DNA from: Eledone cirrhosa
Taxonomy: Eukaryota
DNA length: 64,000 nt
NCBI GenBank assembly: GCA_964016885.1
Contig: OZ024765.1
Span: forward strand, 12,710,001 to 12,774,000
Direction: 5' to 3'
This document shows, one piece after another, positions 55,326 to 64,000 of the stretch. The position numbers and the translations under genes are program-made. Position 1 is the first letter of the stretch, and every line of letters begins with the position of its first letter. The notes under the pieces are model-generated. The model was not told where the DNA came from. It searched no databases and saw only the letters and a program-made list of their open reading frames with translations.

Positions 55326-55621
55326 AAGAAACACTAGTCGTCCCAAGAAAACATATGTCAAGCAACTTGAGGACGTTACTGGATGCACTGCGGAAGAACT
55401 GGCAAGCACTATGAGAGACAGAGATGGATGGAGGAAACGTGTCGTAGAAAGCCGAGCAAGCTCGACCTGATGATGATGATGTATGTATTATGAAGATATG
55501 TCTCTATACATCTAGATGAAATTTCCCCAGGCCAGCAACAACCATTTACCAAAATTATATTTAGAACTACATCGGCTCATTAAAATAATAACTGTTCCTC
55601 TATGTATTCTATTCTCTTCAG

Positions 55622-55735
55622 GGGACTCCTGCTACCGTGCCTACATTAATTCCTCAATGCTTAGAGACAATGATCTGATTGTGCCGCAGGATTATGTGAC
55701 AGAAGAGAAGTCACAGCATACATCACATATATTTT
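55622..55735 (+). CDS. DLEC1: DLEC1 exon
   Basis: CTCTTCAG acceptor, GTAAG donor; YINSSMLRDNDLIVPQDYVTE, cf. human [21 protein letters not shown]. Confidence 0.85.
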
Positions 55736-56231
55736 GTAAGCTGCTTTTCCTTCTTATACTGTGTATATCCTACCCACTCCTCATCATCATCACCCCCACC
55801 ACCAGCGCCACCACCACCACCACCACCAACGCCACTACCACCATCACCACCAACGCCACTACCACCCCCACCACCAACACCACCACCACCACCACCAACG
55901 CCACCACCACCACCAACGCCACTACCACCACCACCACCAACGCCACTACCACCATCACCACCACCACATATATATATATTATATATATATATTATATATA
56001 TTATATATATATTATATATATATTATATATATATATTATATATATATTATATATATATATAATATATATAATATATATATTATATATATAATATATATAA
56101 TATATATATTATATATATATATAATATATATATTATATATATATTATATATATATATAATATATATATTATATATATATATTATATATGATAAAGAACAC
56201 AAGAGCGTCTACAACATCAAAAGATTTTTAT

Positions 56232-56280
56232 TGGCTTACAATGTTTCTTCCTTACGTAACCGTAGGATTCGTCAGAGCTA
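56232..56280 (-). ncRNA. Type I hammerhead motif
   Basis: Minus strand: TAGCT-CTGACGA-aTCCTACG gtta CGTaAGGAa-GAAA-CATTG-TA-AGCCA; stem I has one mismatch. Confidence 0.65.
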
Positions 56281-56639
56281 TAAAAGGGGTTTGATTGGTG
56301 TTATGCAATACCTAACTCCTATCAACCTAAGTATTTATATATTATATATATATATTATACATATATTATATATATATTTAGTATATAGCTCTGGTTAATA
56401 ATTATTTAATTAATTCTTCATTGAGCCACACCGTGAAAGGTTGCCAAACTCATATATGTATCTGTGACTATGTCTAATTATATATATATACTCTTTGAAT
56501 TTAATATATATTATATATATATACTCTTTTATATTATATATATTATACTCTTTTACTCTTTTACCTGTTCCAGCCATCCGGCTGAGGCCATGCTGGGGCA
56601 CCGCCCTTGTTGCTACACATTTTATCTCCAGCCTGTGTT

Positions 56640-56830
56640 GGTTGGTCACTGGTGTAAGATGGAGTTTGTTGCTGCTGCCCTTAGGTTTCCCTTGTGCCTT
56701 GCTGTGGGCTCATCCGGGATCATGGATAGCTAGGTGACGAGATGTTTCTTGAAGACATGCACCTCCACATCATGCAGACCTCTCAGATCCCTCGGCAGCT
56801 TGTTGAAGAGTTGAGGGCCCTTGAATCCCA
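56640..56830 (-). mobile_element. CR1/L2-group LINE 3' fragment
   Basis: GFKGPQLFNKLPRDLR...FKKHL...IPDEP...RAAATNSILHQ. Confidence 0.75.
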
Positions 56831-56837
56831 TATTATA

Positions 56838-56873
<36 letters not shown>

Positions 56874-56914
56874 AATACTGTTAGCTTCTCGCTAAAACAA
56901 TTTCTATACCTTTC

Positions 56915-56972
<58 letters not shown>

Positions 56973-57085
56973 ATATTTATTAAAATAACAGATTAAAGTT
57001 TAAGCAAAGAATCCTTAACGGGATCTTCTGAAACTATATATTATATATATATTATTATTATGTAATAAACAACATAAGGCAATTA

Positions 57086-57145
57086 TTCCATTTACCAGTG
57101 GTTTCTTAAAAGCAAAAGGTTTTGCTTTCAATCCTCAGAATGAAA
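57086..57145 (-). ncRNA. Type I hammerhead motif (same family as 840-900)
   Basis: Minus strand: TTTCATT-CTGAGGA-TTGAAAGCAAAA cc TTTTGCTTTTAA-GAAA-CCACTGG-TA-AATGGAA. Confidence 0.8.
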
Positions 57146-57385
57146 AAATCCTGGTTTGTTTATTACATAATAAAAAAATCCTGGTTTGTTTATTACATAA
57201 TAATAATAATTAAGCTCTGTTGTCTACATAGAGCACTCTTTTTTCCTGGACTTTTCCGATGGAATTACTTCATCTATTATATATATATATATACTTACCC
57301 TCACACACACATATATACGCACACACACACAGTCATTTGAACATATATTTACCTTATAAAACAACATTTTTCTTTCTGGTTTTAG

Positions 57386-57448
57386 GTTATACCTCCACCA
57401 ATTTGCTCCAAACTAAACTATCAGCACAACTATTAGGAAATGAAACAG
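57386..57448 (+). CDS. DLEC1: Probable small symmetric DLEC1 exon (63 nt, phase 1-1)
   Basis: TTTCTTTCTGGTTTTAG acceptor, AG|GTATCT donor, open frame YTSTNLLQTKLSAQLLGNET; no recognised homology. Confidence 0.5.
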
Positions 57449-58328
57449 GTATCTCTATAACTGAAGTATTTGCTTATATAGTTGTGGAGTGGTTTCTTCA
57501 GCTGTGTCATGGCTCAACAACCTCCTCGTGCCATGATAAAATACACCCGGTTCACTCTGTAGAGTGGTTGGTGATAGGAAGGGCATCTAGTCATAGAAAT
57601 CCTGCAAAACAAAGTTTCAGGAGGGCGCTTCAGTTGTGTCAAAGACATAACCTCCTTAGTGCTGGTAATTTACATGATAAACACACCCAGTACACTCTGT
57701 AAAGTGGGCAGTGGAAACTTGCCAAAGACCCTTTAGTTGGGTCAAAGACATGACAACCTCCCTAGTGTTGGAGGTTTACATGATAAACACAGCCAGTACA
57801 TTCTGTAAAGTGGTGGTGTATTGCAGGGTGTGTGTTGGGGTGCAGTTACACCCCCTAAAAAAATTGTCAGAAAATTTTGATCATCTGCACCCTCAAAAAT
57901 GATTGGAGTAATGAGTTCCCACAGGTACAAGCCGAAGCTGAAGCATATAGACAATATGCCCCCACGCCCCTTCCACTGTAAAGTGGTTGTGTAGGTGTCA
58001 CGACAAAAAGCACCATTTGCCCCAAAAGAAGAACTGATCCACATCATTGGATGCAAAGGAAATTGCAGGTTTTATATCAGAGTGACCTTCTCCTAGAGAG
58101 ATGTCTTAATGAAGACTAGGGGGTCTCTCGCTTCATAAAATAAGTACTTTATTGGATGGCCGTTGACTCTCCTAACTTCCTCTGCCTTTTGACGGGTTTT
58201 GTTTTTCGTTCTGCAAAGTGCCCAAAGTCGCCCTCCTCACCAAGCAAGCTTCGTTTGTATTCTTGAAAAAGAAAGAAAGAGGGAACAGCAACATCAATCA
58301 ATCATCTTTTTCCTTTTTTTCTTTACAG

Positions 58329-58522
58329 GAAAAAATGACCCATCTTATCTGCAGACAACAACTGCCCGTCTCAACTACCATTCAGAGAAAAAGAAGTTAT
58401 TTGCAGATGTGTTTTCAAGGAAGACGTTTATTCCAGCGCCTGATAACAGGATGAAACTTTCAACACCAGACCTGTATCTGCCGAATCTTAAAAGGAGTGA
58501 ATACTCCGTTGATAAAGCAGAA
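58329..58522 (+). CDS. DLEC1: DLEC1 exon
   Basis: Strong acceptor TTTTTTCTTTACAG; GKNDPSYLQTTTARLNYHSEKK...SVDKAE; donor GTAATG; phases fit both neighbours. Confidence 0.75.
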
Positions 58523-58599
58523 GTAATGTTTGCACTGTTTACATATACATACACATATACATAAGGATTGCAGCGTCTTCACAGATGATTGCCGTCTCT

Positions 58600-59180
58600 T
58601 ATTAACTCTTCGTTATCATCCCATCTGTGCCCATGACTTTATAGACGACTTTGTAGATCTGCTGTAGATCTACATGGTTTATGACACAGGTGACAGAAGA
58701 AAGTTGTGCTTTCCACAGGACCGGTGGTGTCACCTGTGGGACTTCGTAGATGACTTTGTAGACCAGCTGTAGATCTACATGGTTTACAACACAGGTGACA
58801 GAATAAAGTTGTGCTTTCCACAGGACTGGTGGTGTCACCCTGTGGGACTTTATAGATGACTTTGTAGACCAGCTGTAGATCTACATGGTTTACAACACAG
58901 GTGACAAGAAAGTTGTGCTTTCTACAGGACTGGTGGTGTCACCCTGTGGGACTTCGTAGATGACTTTGTAGACCAGTTGTAGATCTACATGGTTTACGAC
59001 ACAGGTGACAGAAGAAAGTTGTGCTTTCCACAGGACTGGTGGTGTCACCTTGTGGGACAAAATCTTTATGCGCTACCATGTGTTTTAGTCCGGAACTAGT
59101 TCTACACACTTTGTTGCATATCAGGCACGTTGTTTCGCCAGGTCTTTGTTGAGTGGGGTTGTTGGTGGTTAATCTTTCAT
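58600..59180 (-). mobile_element. LINE-like 3' segment with tandemly amplified C2H2 zinc-finger unit (104-106 bp, 4 copies)
   Basis: CLICNKVCRTSSGLK..H, then repeated FCHLC(R/H/C)KPCRST.GLQSHLR; a diverged relative lies at about 59930-60130. Confidence 0.7.
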
Positions 59181-60730
59181 GTGACTTCAGGTGATTAACA
59201 TTACCAGGAGTACAGGAGGAGTACACACTGACAGAAATTGCATATACATACGTACTGCACATGCACATATACGCACATACATATATACATACATGATGTC
59301 TGCAGCTCGACTTTGAGAAATGCCATCGCGTGATATTTAAGCATGAGCATCATGGACATGGCATTTTAGTCCAGCTAGGGACTTGCCTATGGCCAGCAAT
59401 ACCATGCATCACAAAAAATGTCACATATTGAGTAATGCCTCTGCTTGAAGCTTTTTTAACTGAGGAAAGGCTTTGCACGGGGCCAATCCCACTCTCTGAA
59501 CATCGAATTCATTTGCCCAAAAAGTAGAACTGGTCTACATCATTGGATGCAAACGAAATCGCAGGTTTTATATTAGAGTGACCTTCTCCAAGAGAGATGT
59601 CTTAATGAAGACTAGGGGTCTCTCGCTCCACAAAAAAAAAAAAATACTTTATTGGATGGGGCTGATGACTCTCCTAAATTCCTCTGCCCTTTGATGGGTT
59701 TTGTTTTTCATCCCGTAGGGTGTCCAAAGTCACTCTCCTCACCAAGCAAGCTTAGTGGGGTTGTCAGTTTAATCACCGATGACCTAACCATACACAGGTT
59801 GTACTGGGTTACATATTACCTGTAGCACTGAAGAGTGACCTGACATATACAAACATATACATTCATACAGACGGTGATTGCTTCATGTTTGCAGATGATT
59901 GCCGTCTCTAAGCACCTTTATCATCTGTCACCAACTCCAAACGTCCGTTCATAACCTCTTAGATGGCTTTTAGGTCCTGCAGTAGATTTGCATAGTCTGC
60001 AGCAAATGTGACAGACAAAAGATGTGCCCTCTAATGGGTTGATTGGGTCAGTTTGTGGGGTGTCATCTCATAAGCTTTTTAAAACCAGAAATTAATTTGT
60101 AGTTTTTTCTGCACACCACACACATACATACTTCATCATTGTAACAGGCAACTTCTTTTTCCATCTTTTAAGGGTCTTCACCTTACTTTATAGCATCTTC
60201 ATGCATGAGCACATCAATCTTTATATCAACTTTATCTTCTTAGTGCTTTGTAAGAGTCAAAGAGATCGGCTACCTATAAAAAATATTTAGTTTTGTGGAA
60301 CCTGTTGAAGTTTTGGTGGTTTATAGTATTCATTCCAGCCTCTCTGAATTGAAATCCTGCCAAGTTCAACTTTGCCTTTCATCCTTTTGAGGCCGATGAA
60401 AAAAGTATCTGTTTAGTACTGGGGTTGATTCTTCCTCTATATCTCTTTCGGGGTCCCACGTGCTGGCCTCCCGACAGCCCCGGCGGACAGAATGGAGAAG
60501 GCGTTTCCCTGGAGGATGGTAATGGAGAGATCAGTTGTGTTCAGATTTGGAGAGGAAATGGCCTCCGCCAAGCTTAAAATGTTGTTTTTTAGAATAGGCA
60601 TACTGTATCCCAGCATGTCGTAAGAGGTGTCTAAAAGAGTTGGTATCAAGAAAGGCATCTGGCATCTGGCTGTAAAACATTAACTCAAACCATCCTGTCT
60701 AAATCCATGACAACATTCTTTTGTTCTTTC

Positions 60731-60770
<40 letters not shown>

Positions 60771-61099
60771 CACACATTCTCTCTCTCAGGATATTTAGTA
60801 AATAGGATCTCACGTGCCTCTGCAGTACATAATTTACATAGTGCTTACGAATAAATTGAATCACTATGAGTGTTTGAAATTTGAAAATGAGAGAGTCCCA
60901 AATGCAGAAAATAACTGTAAAAACAGTTGATCACTATAGATATAAGCTGAGAAAATTGCTACGGGTAATTTACCCAATTTTTCCAACTATTATCTATAGA
61001 GATCAACTGTCATTACAGTTATTTTTTTGCCTTTCATGATTTACATTGTTTTCATTTCCTGTATTATGTTTTGCTTTATCTCCCTTTGGTTCAATCCAG

Positions 61100-61320
61100 A
61101 TGTCAACATCGAAGAAGATTTCCTTGAAGGAAGCTATCAAACACTACAACGGAAAAGTGTCCGAGAAAGACCTCCCAGTACAAATGACAGCTCAGGTGAA
61201 TTTCCTCCAGAATCCACGCTACACTCTACAAGAGCTGAAATCCAAGCCTAGATTGTTAACAGAACCCGTAAAGGATAAAAGTGGTGACGATGAGTCCTGC
61301 AATGTTAAAAATACACCAGA
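61100..61320 (+). CDS. DLEC1: DLEC1 exon
   Basis: MTAQVNFLQNPRY, cf. human MESRNHFLKNPRF; CAATCCAG acceptor, GTAAAC donor. Confidence 0.85.
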
Positions 61321-62042
61321 GTAAACAATTATATTTTGTTCTCATTGAAATGATTTTTTTTAATACAATGTTTATGTGTTACATTTGTATTATTTTTTAC
61401 TATCTCTAATTAGTTGTATATATGTGACCTCTGGCGTCACGCAGTAATACAGAAGACCCGACTTCCCACGGGTACAAGTTGAAGCTGAAGCATATAGACA
61501 ATATGCCCTCCCACTGCAAAGTGGTTGTGGAGGTGCCATGGCAAAAAAGCACCCAGCCCACACTGTAAAGTGGTCGTGTAGGCGCCACGGAAAAAAAGCA
61601 CCCAGCACTCACTGTAAATGAGGTTGGTGTTAGGAAGAGCATACAGCTGTAGAAATCAAGCCAGAATCAGTTCCCGTATGAGCAAGACAAGGTCATGATG
61701 ATATATCATCATCATCATCACCGTTTTACATCCATTCTTCCACGCTAACATGGGTTAGATGGGTTGTCCTGTTGTGGGCAGTGCCTGGTTGGCTAACCGT
61801 GTCTTGCTTTTTCTGGATTACCCATAACGCAGCAGATTACTCAATACTTAGGGTAGTAGAGTGGGTAATAGGAAAATGTTTGACCCCGGTGGCAGAGCTC
61901 AAGCCGTTTCGATGGCTATTTCTGGACGGCTTGTGCTCTGCCGTCGGGGTCAAACATTTTCCTATTACCCACTCTACTACCCTAAGTATTGAGTACTCTG
62001 TTGCATTATGGTCCATCTGCTTCCTTACCACACCTCCTTCGT

Positions 62043-62424
62043 TATAAAAGCAAGTCGGTCTGTCTGTGTACAATTACTAGGCTCCTTTTAACTTTTGAAG
62101 TACTAGGCCGATTTCAACCAAATTTGGCACACGTATTGCTTATATGCCAGAGCAGGTTTTGGACAAAAACAAATTTGAAAAAAAAATATTTGGGCCGAAA
62201 AATCGATTTTGTGTGTGTATCTGTCTGTGTACAAATACTAGGCTCCTTTAAACTTTTGAAGTACTAGGCCGATTTGGCATGTGCTATTGTGGCGACCTCT
62301 CATTGGCTAGCCAATTAGCTGACATAAGCTGACATGCACTCAGAAATTGCTAGCTAAGCCATAAACGACCTTGAATAATTCAGGCTGTCATTCATTTCCC
62401 GAGCAACGCCGGGTACATCTGCTA

Positions 62425-62425
<1 letters not shown>
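62043..62425 (+). mobile_element. Non-autonomous Helitron-like element
   Basis: 5' TATAAAAGCAAGTCGGTCTGTCTG, internal duplication, 3' hairpin CCCGAGCAACGCCGGG followed by CTAG|T. Confidence 0.65.
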
Positions 62426-62470
<45 letters not shown>

Positions 62471-62636
62471 ATATAATCATTTGGTATTGGTCAATGCAAG
62501 AATAAGTACTCAATACCATAATAGAGTTTAATAGTTTATCAAGGTTGATCCTGTAGCCTGTTACTGTGTAGTTTCTTCTGTATCCCACAAGTTTGTCAGA
62601 CAGTTAATGACAATTTCTATGCTTCTTTCTTTACAG

Positions 62637-62706
62637 GACGCCTTTCTTCCTGCCATATCCTCCCCAAATCCTCTTCAGTGAGTACAAGATTGGTCAGATA
62701 TATGAG
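62637..62706 (+). CDS. DLEC1: DLEC1 exon (gene continues beyond the window)
   Basis: TTCTTTACAG acceptor, GTAAG donor; [23 protein letters not shown], cf. human [23 protein letters not shown]. Confidence 0.9.
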
Positions 62707-64000
62707 GTAAGATCTGGCTTTGACTTTCACCTTGATTTCAGGCAGACAGACACAGGCAGACAAACAGACAGACACACAGACACAAGCAGACAGGCAGACA
62801 AATAGACAGACACACGCAGACACACAGACAAATAGACAGACAGACAGACAGACACAGGCAGACACAGACAAATAGACAGACACACGCAGACACACAGACA
62901 AATAGACAGACAGACACACATACAAAGACATAGACAGACAGACACACAGACACACAGACACACAGAGATGAACAAACAAACAGACAGACAAACAAACAAA
63001 CAAACAAACAGACACAGACAGACAGACAGACAAACAAACAGACACAGACAGACAGACAAACATACACATACACAGACAGACACAGATAGACAGACAGACA
63101 CAGAGACAAACAGACAAAAAGATGCCCAGGTTTGTTGTTGAAAAGATGGTTAATAATTTTGTGTGTATCTACCAAGTCAGTTGTCGGACGTCAGAGCTTC
63201 TATCTATCCATGCCCAGGGAAGCAAGGCATTCAGAGTATGGTAGATGCCTGATGGAGAGTATTCGCTTGGTCATATGTCTCTGAACAGTTTCCCAGGAAA
63301 ATCCTGATGCTTTCAACCCAATGAAACTCTTTTAGTCCCGTGGAAGTCATTTCTAAACCCATGAAGGTCCAATTATATTCAGACACTATATCCCATGATT
63401 TTTAACCATTTTGTCGGTATCTACCAAGTCAGTTGTCAGACGTCGGAGCTTCAATGTGTCCATGCCCAGGGAAGCAAGGCATTCATCATCATCATCATCA
63501 TCGATTAACGTCCCTCTTCCATGCTAGCATGGGTTAGACAGGTTTGTCTCATTTAGAGGCAAGTTGGGTTGGGTGACCATGTCTCGCTGATATAGGAGAG
63601 ATTATATGTCTAAAAAAAAGTTAAAGTCTATCTCAAGCCTGGAGGTTTATCAGGTTGGTACTTATCCCAGTTTTAATAGTATTAAAGGACTGATAGTACC
63701 AGACACTCCTCTGGACAGGGAACCAGGAGATTGAAGAGTTACAGTCTGTCCCAGTAAAAGCCGACCAAGCCAGAGATTAAGCTAGTTTCATTGGTGTTAA
63801 GCAACAGAAAGTGGCAAGACTTCAACCTGGAAATGACGCCAGGATTAAACCCCCAGCTGCAGCTGGTATGCATTTTCAGCTGTATATACTGGAGCATCAT
63901 GAAATGAAGTGTTTTGCTGAAGAATACAACTCACAACCCAATCAAGGAATTGAACCCATGACATTATGATCATAAGTCTAGCACTCTAACCCCTAATCAG

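Overview
AT-rich, microsatellite-dense animal genomic DNA. The abundant tRNA-derived SINE (GGCGGTGGATTGGCAGTATCGG...GGGGTCGATAAAATAAAGTACCAGT) and the repeat landscape resemble an octopus/cephalopod genome (inference from recall, not a search). Almost all entries in the ORF track are microsatellite artefacts. Real coding content: (1) an intronless 672-aa F-box/LRR CDS on the minus strand (42698-44716); (2) head-to-head with it, the 5' part of a spliced DLEC1 orthologue on the plus strand, with 8 phase-compatible exons from 49173 to 62706 that run off the window; (3) a probable minus-strand secreted/membrane protein gene with a signal-peptide exon at 38502-38571 and a phase-matched exon at 3082-3210; (4) an orphan GPR158-like extracellular-domain exon fragment with TGA where Trp is expected. 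The most striking non-coding signal is about 11 type I hammerhead ribozyme motifs plus several decayed or half copies, from several unrelated sequence families. They lie next to (TA)n tracts, often within fold-back inverted duplications, consistent with Penelope-like element remnants (a GIY-YIG C-terminal remnant lies at about 17950-18010). Several are sense to predicted host transcripts. Also present: RTE/CR1-type LINE fragments, TTAA-flanked MITEs, a Helitron-like element, a 182-bp SINE tandem array, a zinc-finger-coding 105-bp tandem repeat and many minisatellites. All alignments and folds were done by eye; coordinates may be off by a few bases.
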